64,000 nt of DNA from assembly GCF_963528215.1 (NCBI RefSeq), contig NZ_CAURVL010000010.1:6472-70471 (forward strand), read 5' to 3'. Below are positions 10,349 to 19,616 of the stretch, piece after piece. The translations under genes and the position numbers were made by a program. This stretch comes from an uncultured Streptococcus sp. (lineage in GTDB: Bacteria; Bacillota; Bacilli; Lactobacillales; Streptococcaceae). The stretch's first letter is position 1; every line of letters begins with the position of its first letter. The notes under the pieces were generated by a model. That model was not told where the DNA came from. It did not search any database and saw only the letters and a list, made by a program, of their open reading frames with translations.

Positions 10349-10669
10349 ATGAAAAAAATTACTACACTTACAATCGCTGCACTTAGTATCTTTGTCCTAG
10401 CTGCCTGCTCTAATCAAAAATCAGATTCTGATATGAAGAAGATGGATGACAGCAGCATGATGAAGAAGGATGATATGAAAAAAGACGACATGAAGAAGGA
10501 GGATATGAAAGACTCTAGCATGTCTGATGATAAAATGAAAAAGGATGATATGAAGGACTCTTCTATGATGTCCGACAGTAAGTCTGATATGAAAGATGAT
10601 ATGAAATCAAGTGATTCAAGCATGAAGGATGAAATGAAAGATTCATCCGAAATGTCATCTGACAAATAA
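10349..10669 (+). CDS. methionine-rich repeat lipoprotein (MxKDx-like pentapeptide repeats)
   Basis: Lipobox LAAC (Cys20); mature chain almost entirely M/K/D/S, 17 Met in 87 residues; RBS aaggag. Confidence 0.85.
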   Translation: MKKITTLTIAALSIFVLAACSNQKSDSDMKKMDDSSMMKKDDMKKDDMKKEDMKDSSMSDDKMKKDDMKDSSMMSDSKSDMKDDMKSSDSSMKDEMKDSSEMSSDK

Positions 10670-10739
10670 GAATTCCACCATAGGAAAGAAAGTCGTCAAT
10701 TTTGTCGGCTTTCTCCTTATTTTGAGAGGAAAGAAAACG

Positions 10740-11303
10740 ATGAAAAAATTATCCATTTTAACTGTTAGTCTGCTTTGTGCAGGCTTACTGGGAGCTTGCT
10801 CAAATCAGAAAATGAACTCGGAAATTTCTAAAAGTGATAAAAGCAATATGCAAACAAAAGCTGATTCTGAGCAATCTATCAAGATGGCCAAGGACTTTAG
10901 TCTGCAAGGAGTAGACGGCAAGACCTACAAGCTGTCTGATTTCAAAGGCAAGAAAGTCTATCTAAAGTTTTGGGCTTCTTGGTGCTCTATCTGTCTATCC
11001 ACACTTGGAGATACCAATGATTTGGCTAAGGAGCAGTCAGGAAAAGATTATGTTGTCCTATCGGTGGTGTCTCCAACTTTTAACGGAGAAAAGTCTGCCG
11101 ATGATTTCAAGGAATGGTATAAGTCTTTAGATTACAAAGACTTCCCAGTTCTCATGGACACCAAGGGAGAATTGCTGAAAGAATACGGTATTCGCTCTTA
11201 TCCATCTGCTCTTTTTGTTGGCAGCGATGGTTCACTTGCCAAGACACATATTGGCTACATGAGCAAGGAAGATATTGAGAAAACACTAAAGGAAATCAAG
11301 TAG
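10740..11303 (+). CDS. TlpA-family thioredoxin-like lipoprotein
   Basis: Lipobox LGAC; FWASWCSIC; cis-Pro loop SYP. Confidence 0.92.
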   Translation: MKKLSILTVSLLCAGLLGACSNQKMNSEISKSDKSNMQTKADSEQSIKMAKDFSLQGVDGKTYKLSDFKGKKVYLKFWASWCSICLSTLGDTNDLAKEQSGKDYVVLSVVSPTFNGEKSADDFKEWYKSLDYKDFPVLMDTKGELLKEYGIRSYPSALFVGSDGSLAKTHIGYMSKEDIEKTLKEIK

Positions 11304-11312
11304 AAAGGTGCA

Positions 11313-12428
11313 ATGAACATGGAAGGAAAATGGAAAATTCTTCTGGTTATGCTTGGCTTGCTTGTCTGCTTTGGACTTGTCTATGTGATTGCAGGAAATG
11401 GTAAGCAATCATCTCCAGAACAGATCAAGAAAGCATCTATGAGTAAGACAGAAGCTGTATCCCAACAAAAGCAAGAAGACGTTAAGGAAGAAGATAAGCG
11501 GGAGATTTATCTGGCTGGCGGCTGTTTCTGGGGCGTAGAGGAATATTTTTCTCGTGTGCCTGGTGTACTTGATGCAGTGTCAGGCTACGCCAATGGTAAA
11601 GATGATACAACCAAGTATGAGTTAGTCTCTCAAACTGGTCACGCTGAGACTGTTCACATCACTTATAATGCCAAGAAAATTTCGCTAAAAGAAATTCTGC
11701 TTCACTATTTCCGCATCATTGATCCAACTTCTAAAAACAAGCAGGGAAATGATCAGGGTACCCAGTATCGGACAGGCGTCTACTATACGGATGAAGCTGA
11801 TCTTGATACTATTAATCAGGTCTTTGATGAAGTTGCTAAGAAGTACGACAAGCCTTTAGCTGTTGAAAAAGAACCTCTGAAAAACTTTATCAAGGCAGAA
11901 GATTATCATCAGGATTACCTAAAAAAGAATCCTAATGGATATTGCCATATTGATGTCAATCAAGCTGCTTACCCAGTTATCGAAGCTAGTCGCTATCCTA
12001 AGCCTAGCGATGAAGAGATTAAGGCTAAGCTCTCGCCAGAAGAATACGCAGTCACACAAAAGAATGACACAGAGCGGGCCTTTTCTAACCGCTATTGGGA
12101 TAAGTTCGATGCTGGTATCTATGTGGATGTGGTGACAGGCGAGCCTCTCTTTTCATCAAAGGATAAGTTTGACTCAGGCTGCGGTTGGCCCAGTTTCACC
12201 CGTCCTATCAGTCCAGATGTTGCAACTTACAAGGAAGACAAGAGTTTCAATATGACTCGAACGGAAGTTCGTAGTCGGGTTGGAAATTCCCATCTGGGCC
12301 ATGTTTTCACTGATGGCCCTAAGGACAAGGGAGGCTTGCGCTACTGCATCAATAGTCTGTCAATTAAGTTCATTCCAAAAGCTGAGATGGAGGAGAAAGG
12401 CTACGGTTATCTTTTAGATTATGTTTAA
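11313..12428 (+). CDS. msrAB: membrane-anchored methionine sulfoxide reductase MsrAB
   Basis: N-terminal TM segment; GGCFWG (MsrA); SGCGWPSF and RYCINS (MsrB). Confidence 0.97.
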   Translation: MNMEGKWKILLVMLGLLVCFGLVYVIAGNGKQSSPEQIKKASMSKTEAVSQQKQEDVKEEDKREIYLAGGCFWGVEEYFSRVPGVLDAVSGYANGKDDTTKYELVSQTGHAETVHITYNAKKISLKEILLHYFRIIDPTSKNKQGNDQGTQYRTGVYYTDEADLDTINQVFDEVAKKYDKPLAVEKEPLKNFIKAEDYHQDYLKKNPNGYCHIDVNQAAYPVIEASRYPKPSDEEIKAKLSPEEYAVTQKNDTERAFSNRYWDKFDAGIYVDVVTGEPLFSSKDKFDSGCGWPSFTRPISPDVATYKEDKSFNMTRTEVRSRVGNSHLGHVFTDGPKDKGGLRYCINSLSIKFIPKAEMEEKGYGYLLDYV

Positions 12429-12487
12429 GAGCATTTTCCTTGAAAATTTGCTATAATAAGTCCAGTATAAATAAGGAGTTGAATCTT

Positions 12488-13222
12488 GTGTATTCAATTA
12501 TGATTGTAGAGGATGAGTATCTGGTAAGACAGGGGATTGCGTCCTTGGTAGACTATGAACAGTTTGGTATGCAAGTTATTGCTCAGGCTGAAAATGGAAG
12601 AGAAGCTTGGCAGAAATTTCAGGAAAATCCTGCTGACATTCTGCTGACCGATATCAATATGCCACAGATGAACGGCCTCGAACTGGCCAAGCTAGTCAGA
12701 GACCAAGCTCCTAAGTGCCATATCGTTTTTCTGACGGGCTATGATGATTTTGACTATGCTCGGACTGCCATTAAGCTAGGTGCAGATGACTATCTTCTCA
12801 AGCCATTTTCCAAGGATGATGTTGAGGAAATGTTGGCCAAGCTGCAGATCAAGCTTGATAAGGAACGTAAAAAAGCTCAGATTCAAAACTTGGTCGATCA
12901 GGGACAGCAATCTGAGTTGGAAGAGGCTATTCATGCGCGTCTATCAGATTCAGAATTAAGTCTGAAAAGTTTGGCTTTCCAATTGGGGTTTAGTCCGTCC
13001 TACCTTAGCGTTCTTATCAAAAAAGAATTAGGTCAGCCCTTTCAGGATTATCTGATACAAGAGCGGATGAAAAAAGCAAAACTCTTACTCTTAACTACAG
13101 ATTTGAAGATTTATGAAATAGCAGAGCAGGTAGGTTTTGAAGATATGAACTATTTTTCTCAGCGCTTCAAGCAAGTTGTTGGGCTGACACCTCGGCAGTT
13201 TAAAAAAGGAGAGGAGAAATGA
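12488..13222 (+). CDS. two-component response regulator, receiver plus AraC HTH (YesN-like)
   Basis: EDE, TDINMP, YLLKP; C-terminal IAEQVGFEDMNYFSQRFK; GTG start after aaggag; TGcTATAAT upstream. Confidence 0.93.
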   Translation: MYSIMIVEDEYLVRQGIASLVDYEQFGMQVIAQAENGREAWQKFQENPADILLTDINMPQMNGLELAKLVRDQAPKCHIVFLTGYDDFDYARTAIKLGADDYLLKPFSKDDVEEMLAKLQIKLDKERKKAQIQNLVDQGQQSELEEAIHARLSDSELSLKSLAFQLGFSPSYLSVLIKKELGQPFQDYLIQERMKKAKLLLLTTDLKIYEIAEQVGFEDMNYFSQRFKQVVGLTPRQFKKGEEK

Positions 13223-14922
13223 AACGATATCCGCTTCTTATCCAGTTGATTGTCTATATTTTTCTGCTGGTTCTTTTACTCTTGGGGGTTGTTGGGAGTC
13301 TTTACTATCAGACTAGCTCGGAGACTATTCGACAGCTGACAGAGCGGACGACGCGTAATAGTATGGAGCAAAGCGGCCAGTTCATTGCTTCCTATTTGCA
13401 AAAATTAAAGCAAACTACATCTACACTGAGTAAGGAAGAAACGATTCGGAAGTTTGCTCAGAATCAAGAAAACAGCGAAATGTCAGTTCAGTCTTTGATG
13501 AAAACCATTATTGAGACAGATCCGGATTTGGTGTCAGCAGTTTTGGTTACCAAGGACGGGCGCGTGGTATCGACAGATACTCAAATCAGCATGCAGACAT
13601 CTTCTGATATGATGAATGAAAAATGGTATCAGGAAGCGGTTCATACCAGAGCCATGCCTGTCTTGACTCCTGCTCGCAAGGAGTCTCTATCATCAGAGAA
13701 GGAGAAGTGGGTTGTTTCCGTCACTCAGGAAGTGGTGGATGAAGCAGGGCAGAATCTCGGTGTTTTGCGCCTGGATATCGGCTACAATAGTCTCAAAGCC
13801 TATCTGGATAGGCTTCAGCTAGGAAAGAAGGGCTTTAGCTTTATTGTCAATAGCCAGCATGAATTTGTCTATCATCCTAAGAAGAGTGTTTATTCATCCA
13901 GTCAGGAAATGAAAGCGATGCAGCCCTATATCTCAGTCAAGGACGGTTACGCAGACCAGAAACAGGCTTTCGTCTACCAGATTGATATTGCGGACAGCGA
14001 CTGGACTTTAATTGGCGTCGCTTCATTAGAGCAGTTGCAGATGCTTCAGTCACAGATGCTTTATTCTTTTGTGGGAATGGGCATTTTAGCACTCCTGCTG
14101 TGCTTGACTGGTATTTGGTTTGTTCTGCGTTTGTGGATTAAGCCTCTGCAGAATCTGCAGGCTGTCATTCTGAAGATTGGGGCAGGTGACTCAAACCTTC
14201 GGGCAGAAGCAAAGGGTTCTCCAGAGTTGGTTGACTTGGCTCAGCAGTTCAATAAAATGCTGGACCAGATTGAACAGCTAATGGAAGCTGTCAAGACTGA
14301 AGAACAAAATGTTCGCCGCTATGAGCTCCGAGCTCTCTCAGCTCAAATCAACCCTCATTTCCTTTATAATACCTTAGATACTATTGTCTGGATGGCTGAA
14401 TTTAACGACAGCAAGCGTGTTGTTGAGGTAACAAAATCACTCGCTCAGTATTTCCGCTTAGCGCTTAATCAAGGGCACGAACAGATTTCTCTTAGAGATG
14501 AGATTGATCACGTTCGTCAGTATCTCTTTATCCAGAAGCAGCGCTATGGTGACAAGCTCCAATATGAGATTGAAGAGGATGAATCCATAGCTGATTATAA
14601 ACTGCCCAAGCTGGTACTTCAGCCTTTGGTTGAAAATGCCATCTACCATGGCATCAAGGAAATTGACCGACAGGGCATGATTCGCGTTACTGCGGCAGCA
14701 GAAGAGGGGCAGCTGATATTATCTATCTATGATAATGGCCGAGGCTTTGAACTCCAAAATTCAGTGGACAAGACCCTTCTTCGCTTAGGTGGAGTTGGTC
14801 TGAAAAATGTCGATCAACGATTAAGATTGCAGTTCGGAGACGACTACCATATGGAAATCCAGTCCGAACCAGATAAATTTACCCAGATTAGTCTTTATTT
14901 GCCACTAGTTACAGATGATTAG
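13219..14922 (+). CDS. sensor histidine kinase (YesM-like; Cache, HAMP, His_kinase)
   Basis: QINPHFLYNTL, LQPLVENAIYHG, DNGRG; two TM segments. Confidence 0.93.
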   Translation: MKRYPLLIQLIVYIFLLVLLLLGVVGSLYYQTSSETIRQLTERTTRNSMEQSGQFIASYLQKLKQTTSTLSKEETIRKFAQNQENSEMSVQSLMKTIIETDPDLVSAVLVTKDGRVVSTDTQISMQTSSDMMNEKWYQEAVHTRAMPVLTPARKESLSSEKEKWVVSVTQEVVDEAGQNLGVLRLDIGYNSLKAYLDRLQLGKKGFSFIVNSQHEFVYHPKKSVYSSSQEMKAMQPYISVKDGYADQKQAFVYQIDIADSDWTLIGVASLEQLQMLQSQMLYSFVGMGILALLLCLTGIWFVLRLWIKPLQNLQAVILKIGAGDSNLRAEAKGSPELVDLAQQFNKMLDQIEQLMEAVKTEEQNVRRYELRALSAQINPHFLYNTLDTIVWMAEFNDSKRVVEVTKSLAQYFRLALNQGHEQISLRDEIDHVRQYLFIQKQRYGDKLQYEIEEDESIADYKLPKLVLQPLVENAIYHGIKEIDRQGMIRVTAAAEEGQLILSIYDNGRGFELQNSVDKTLLRLGGVGLKNVDQRLRLQFGDDYHMEIQSEPDKFTQISLYLPLVTDD

Positions 14923-14945
14923 GTCTATTAAGTTTTAAAATATTC

Positions 14946-14973
14946 AAGCCGGCAGAATTTTCTCCGGCTTTTT
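14946..14973 (+). terminator. terminator after histidine kinase
   Basis: aagccgg...ccggctt followed by T run. Confidence 0.7.
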
Positions 14974-15142
14974 ACTGTTTGAAAAAATGCACTGGTTTTG
15001 CTGTTCATCAAGCGAATTTTTCTCTTTTTCTACTCTCATGAATTTGCAAAAAAATTACCGTAGCGGATTTGTGAAAAATCTATAAGATTCATTTATAATG
15101 ATAAGTGAATGTTTATTCTACGTAGTAGTTAGAGGAGAGAAA

Positions 15143-15850
15143 ATGGAATCACCTTTATTTTTTGTTTCAGTTTTTTTAGCTGGTATTTTGTCCTTCTTTT
15201 CCCCTTGTATTTTTCCCTTATTGCCGGTTTATATTGGCATTTTATTGGATGACAAGGAGGTCAAGACCCTGAAAGTATTTGGCCGGGAGCTTGCTTGGCA
15301 AGGCATGGTTAGGACACTCTTTTTCATTGCGGGCATCTCGACAGTCTTCTTTTTGCTAGGCTTTGGGGCAGGCTTTCTAGGAACAATTATTTACAGTTCG
15401 ACCTTTCGTTATGTGATGGGAGGCCTCATCATTCTGCTAGGTCTGCATCAGATGGAACTAATTAATATTCGCCAGTTACAGATTCAAAAGAGTTTGACTT
15501 TCAAAAAGAATGGCCAGAAACATCATTTTTGGTCTGCTTTCTTACTGGGGATTACCTTTAGTTTTGGTTGGACTCCCTGCATTGGTCCGATTCTCAGCTC
15601 AGTCTTGGCCTTAGCAGCTTCGGGTGGGAATGGTGCTTTTCAGGGAGCGATTCTGACCTTGATTTACACTTTGGGAATGGCTCTGCCTTTCTTAATCTTG
15701 GCTTTGGCATCCAGCTTTGTTATGCAGTATTTCAATAAAATCAAGCCTTATATGGGCCTGATGAAGAAAATCGGCGGAGCCCTGATTATTTTGATGGGAA
15801 TTCTGCTGATGCTAGGACAGCTCAACGCCCTGTCTGGACTTTTTGGATAA
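15143..15850 (+). CDS. ccdA: CcdA membrane electron transporter, copy 2
   Basis: SFFSPCIFP and GWTPCIGP; paralog of 9611-10321; ATG after agaggag. Confidence 0.93.
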   Translation: MESPLFFVSVFLAGILSFFSPCIFPLLPVYIGILLDDKEVKTLKVFGRELAWQGMVRTLFFIAGISTVFFLLGFGAGFLGTIIYSSTFRYVMGGLIILLGLHQMELINIRQLQIQKSLTFKKNGQKHHFWSAFLLGITFSFGWTPCIGPILSSVLALAASGGNGAFQGAILTLIYTLGMALPFLILALASSFVMQYFNKIKPYMGLMKKIGGALIILMGILLMLGQLNALSGLFG

Positions 15851-15865
15851 AAAGGAGAAAGAAAT

Positions 15866-16441
15866 ATGAAAAAAATCGTTACTTTATTAGCAACTGTTTC
15901 AGCAGTGGTCTTTTTGGCAGCCTGCTCGGAACAGGAAGAGAAGCCCATGACTATGCCCACAACCAGCAGTTCATCTAGTGAGACCCCTCTGACAAGTACT
16001 GTCACCCAAGCAGCTGTCGGTCAAGAGGCACCTGACTTTACTCTGCAATCTATGGATGGAAAAACAGTCAAACTTTCTGACTACAAAGGCAAGAAAGTTT
16101 ATCTAAAATTCTGGGCTTCTTGGTGCGGACCTTGTAAGAAGAGTATGCCAGAATTGGTCGAATTGGCTGGTAAAACAGATCGTGATTTTGAAATCTTGAC
16201 AGTTGTAGCACCAGGTCTCCAAGGAGAGAAATCTGTCGAGGAATTTCCAAAATGGTTTCAAGAACAAGGTTATAAAGATGTACCAGTTCTATTTGACACT
16301 TCAGGAGAAATTTTCCAAGCCTATCAGATCCGCAGTATCCCGACTGAAATCCTCATTGACAGTCAAGGGAAAATCGGTAAAATCCAGTTTGGAGCTATCA
16401 GTAATGCTGATGCAGAAGCAGCTTTCAAAGAAATGAAATAA
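15866..16441 (+). CDS. TlpA-family thioredoxin-like lipoprotein, copy 2
   Basis: Lipobox LAAC; FWASWCGPC. Confidence 0.92.
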   Translation: MKKIVTLLATVSAVVFLAACSEQEEKPMTMPTTSSSSSETPLTSTVTQAAVGQEAPDFTLQSMDGKTVKLSDYKGKKVYLKFWASWCGPCKKSMPELVELAGKTDRDFEILTVVAPGLQGEKSVEEFPKWFQEQGYKDVPVLFDTSGEIFQAYQIRSIPTEILIDSQGKIGKIQFGAISNADAEAAFKEMK

Positions 16442-16450
16442 AGCAAAAAA

Positions 16451-16625
16451 GAGGCTGGGACAAAAGTCCTAGCCTCTCAATTGTCTTTGGATTGTCGAGC
16501 AAGACGCAGTGGTTGAGTGGGCTCTACTACGCTGATTTCATCAGCTTTCACAGCCCTACTCAACTGTGCGGAGGTGGGACGACGAAATCGAATCCTAACG
16601 AATTACCGATTTCTGTCCCACTCTC
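16451..16625. repeat. ~175 bp multi-hairpin intergenic element (streptococcal interspersed repeat, MITE/SPRITE-like)
   Basis: Imperfect terminal inverted repeats gaggctgggaca / tgtcccactctc, three internal stem-loops, flanked by A and T runs between convergent genes. Family name is from memory. Confidence 0.7.
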
Positions 16626-16644
16626 TTTTTAGTTTGTAATGTGA

Positions 16645-17889
16645 TTAAGCGCTAGCACCTGATGTTGCATCAGCTCCTCCGTCTCCATGACCTCCATCGC
16701 CCCCAGCATCAGAAGCACCAGAAGTAGCGTCTGCGTCTCCATGACCTCCGGCAGGAGCAAATGGTCCGCTGCCTCCAACCAAACGTTGGCCAGTTTCTTT
16801 TAAGTACCAGTCAAGCCATGGTTGGAAATTAAAGACGATTTCATTGATTCCTGCGTATGATCCGTCAGGATAGTACATAGCTTGGTAGTTATGGGTATTG
16901 ATAACACCTGCAGGTGAACCAGGGACGATTGTACGAACGTATTCTTGGTTTCCGTTGCGAAGCGTTCCGATAACCCACTCTACATTTTTCATCCGAGCTG
17001 GTGGGAGAGAACCATGAACGGTTGACATGCGGCTACCTGATTGAGGTGGCACACGTTTAGCAAACATGGTGTCTGGGTCTTGGTGGGCGTTGTTGTAGTA
17101 GAGGAATTGGTTGTTATCGTCAGCGTATGTCAATTCAAATGGCATAGCTTTTAAGAACATATCAATTTGATTAACAGTCAAGATACCATGGTCAAGTTTG
17201 ACATAAGTATCGCCTGAAACAGCACCAGTGATTTCAGCGACTTTTTCCACCCATTCTGGATCATCTGGATCAACTTCTGTAATTGTCGTAGCGATTGGCT
17301 TTCCGCAGTCTAAGTCTTCAGGTTCAATTGGTTTTGGTTTTTTCAATTTTGAAACGACCTCTACATATTTGATAAAGTTATCTAAGCATGTTTCAAGGAA
17401 ATTCACAGTTCCTTCGTTGGTAATATTACCATCATTGTCAAAAGCTTCCTTGGCTTTGCCCAGCAAGAACTCATTGCCTGGGAGGGTGTAAGCATTGACG
17501 CCAGGAGCATCTAGGATTTTACGTAGGTGAACTTGAGCACGGGAAGTTCCTTGGTCGTAGTAAGAAGCACCGACAATCATGACAGGCTTGTTTTCGAAAG
17601 GATGAACCTCGTAAGAGAGCCATTCTAAGACACTCTTCAAAGGAGCGCTGATAGTATGATTGTGCTCAGGGGTTGCGATGATGACACCGTCTGCACGTGT
17701 GATTTTGTTATACAAATACCGCAATTGGAAGCTTTCATCCCATTTTTCATCCTGGTTAAACATTGGGACTTCATCGATTTCTAAGACTTCCAATTCAAAT
17801 TTAATTTTGAACTGACGACGGATGAATTCCAATAATTTTCGGTTATATGATTGTTCGTAGTTTGATCCTACAATTCCAACAAATTTCAT
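16645..17889 (-). CDS. NAD(P)H-dependent FMN reductase fused to a PAS-like domain and a tail with two DATSGAS motifs
   Basis: GIVGS, ATPEHN flavodoxin-like fold; MPFELTYADDNNQFLYYN PAS-like segment; Gly/Asp-rich tail. Confidence 0.88.
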   Translation of the reverse strand: MKFVGIVGSNYEQSYNRKLLEFIRRQFKIKFELEVLEIDEVPMFNQDEKWDESFQLRYLYNKITRADGVIIATPEHNHTISAPLKSVLEWLSYEVHPFENKPVMIVGASYYDQGTSRAQVHLRKILDAPGVNAYTLPGNEFLLGKAKEAFDNDGNITNEGTVNFLETCLDNFIKYVEVVSKLKKPKPIEPEDLDCGKPIATTITEVDPDDPEWVEKVAEITGAVSGDTYVKLDHGILTVNQIDMFLKAMPFELTYADDNNQFLYYNNAHQDPDTMFAKRVPPQSGSRMSTVHGSLPPARMKNVEWVIGTLRNGNQEYVRTIVPGSPAGVINTHNYQAMYYPDGSYAGINEIVFNFQPWLDWYLKETGQRLVGGSGPFAPAGGHGDADATSGASDAGGDGGHGDGGADATSGASA

Positions 17890-17906
17890 TCTTTCAGTCT
17901 CCTATC

Positions 17907-18512
17907 TTACAATTTTTCCCAATTAAATTCTTCAGCATCTTTGCGAAGCAATTCTTGTGCGTTGCGCAATTTTTCAGTGATTTTGACAAAGATACGGAAG
18001 TCATCAAAGATAGCATCCAATTTTTTTACAACGTCAAGATCTACCAAGTCTCCGCTTTGGTCAAATGCTTGAAGAGAATGTGAAAGCAAGAACTCATCTG
18101 GAAGAACAGTTGCCTTGATTTCTGGAGCGTTCAAAATTTGACGGAGCTGCAATTGGGCACGAGAGGAGCCAAGTGTACCATAAGAAGCACCAGTGATCAT
18201 GACCGGCTTGTTCAGCAGTGGATAAATACCATAAGAAAGCCAAGCCAGAGCATTCATGAGCACAGCTGGGATAGAATGGTCGTATTCAGGTGTGCCGATA
18301 AGTACGCCATCCGCAGCATCGATTTTTTCGGCAATTTCTGATACCAACTCAGGGACGTTTCTGTCAGCAGGTTTATTAAACATTGGGATATCTTTAATCT
18401 CAACCAGCTCGATTTCAGCCTTGTCAGCGAAGTGCTTAGACATATATTGAAGAAGTTGCCGGTTTGTAGAACGGTTAGAATTTGTTCCAACAATTGCAAT
18501 AAGTTTTAACAT
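17907..18512 (-). CDS. NAD(P)H-dependent FMN reductase
   Basis: AIVGT, GTPEYD, GASYGTLGSSRAQ. Confidence 0.92.
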   Translation of the reverse strand: MLKLIAIVGTNSNRSTNRQLLQYMSKHFADKAEIELVEIKDIPMFNKPADRNVPELVSEIAEKIDAADGVLIGTPEYDHSIPAVLMNALAWLSYGIYPLLNKPVMITGASYGTLGSSRAQLQLRQILNAPEIKATVLPDEFLLSHSLQAFDQSGDLVDLDVVKKLDAIFDDFRIFVKITEKLRNAQELLRKDAEEFNWEKL

Positions 18513-18680
18513 AAAATTTCCTTTCTGAAATTAAGATACAGAGCCCTCGTGTGTGCATTTATTTTTCTTTAGGCAAGTAAAACCTAGAAGAAAGAGAGAG
18601 CGTTTTTAAATGGGCATGTTTATAAAAGCTAGAGCGATAGTGTTACCGCTTAGTGTGGCAGCAAATTTATCACTTTTGAA

Positions 18681-19616
18681 TTAAGAAGCAGGAATTATCT
18701 GCTCTAAAAGGCCTGAGCTGAAGAAGAGCTGACTGTCTTGGGTGATAATCAGGGCTTCAATCCCTGCTTGCTCTTCAATCTGAGACAGAATCGATGTCGG
18801 ACTTTCGCCAAATAAACGAGTTGTCCAGATTTCGCCATCTACCGACTTGTCTGAAACAATGGTCAGACTAGCTAATCGATTTTCGATAGGATAGCCTGTT
18901 TTGCGATCCAGAATGTGATGGTAGTTCTGCCCCTCAACTGTAAGGGTTCGCTCGTAGATTCCTGATGTGACCACTGACTGATTGGTGACAGCAAGTATAG
19001 CTGAGTGATTGCCGCGTAACAGCTTGGGATTTTGGATGCCAATCCGCCAGGCGCGCTGGCTGACTGCATTTTGCCCAATGGTTAGTACATTGCCACCAAG
19101 ATTGATAAGAGCAGAAGTCACTCCCTGACTCAGCAAATAGTCCTTAATCTTATCAGCGATATAGCCTTTAGCCAAGGCGCCTAGATCCAGTTTCATGCCT
19201 TTCTTAGCCAAAAAGACACTACGGTCTTCTGGATTCAGCTCAAGCAAGTTTGGGTCAGTCAGGCTCAGAGCTTGCTGAATCTCCTCTGTACTTGGGAGAC
19301 GGGCGTCTGAAAATCCTATCCGCCAGGTCTGGACTAGAGGGCCGATTGTGATATTTAAGTGGCTGCCTTCTGCTAGGCTGTGATATTTTCCCAGCTCAAT
19401 CAGCTCAAAAAGCTCTGGATGAACTGAGACACTTTTAATTCCTGCCAAATGGTTGATAGTCATAAGTTCAGAGTCTTCATCATTGGCACTAAAGCGATTT
19501 TTATAGACATGAAGCAGTTGGACCGCCTCATCTAAGAGTATTTCCGCTCGCTCATGATAGAGAGAGATGCAAATAGTACTCCCCATCAAATGAAGCGAGC
19601 GAGAAGCAAAGTCCAC
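18681..19616 (-). CDS. apbE: FAD:protein FMN transferase ApbE, no signal peptide
   Basis: MGS near N-terminus, DLGALAKGY, NLGGNV, TSGIYER, YHHILD. Confidence 0.93.
   Translation of the reverse strand: MDFASRSLHLMGSTICISLYHERAEILLDEAVQLLHVYKNRFSANDEDSELMTINHLAGIKSVSVHPELFELIELGKYHSLAEGSHLNITIGPLVQTWRIGFSDARLPSTEEIQQALSLTDPNLLELNPEDRSVFLAKKGMKLDLGALAKGYIADKIKDYLLSQGVTSALINLGGNVLTIGQNAVSQRAWRIGIQNPKLLRGNHSAILAVTNQSVVTSGIYERTLTVEGQNYHHILDRKTGYPIENRLASLTIVSDKSVDGEIWTTRLFGESPTSILSQIEEQAGIEALIITQDSQLFFSSGLLEQIIPAS

Noticed and set aside
10433..10666. Short DNA repeats (gatatgaa-like) as a CRISPR array or VNTR
   Set aside because: They are imperfect codon-level repeats of the Met-rich protein; no constant repeat-spacer structure and no cas genes
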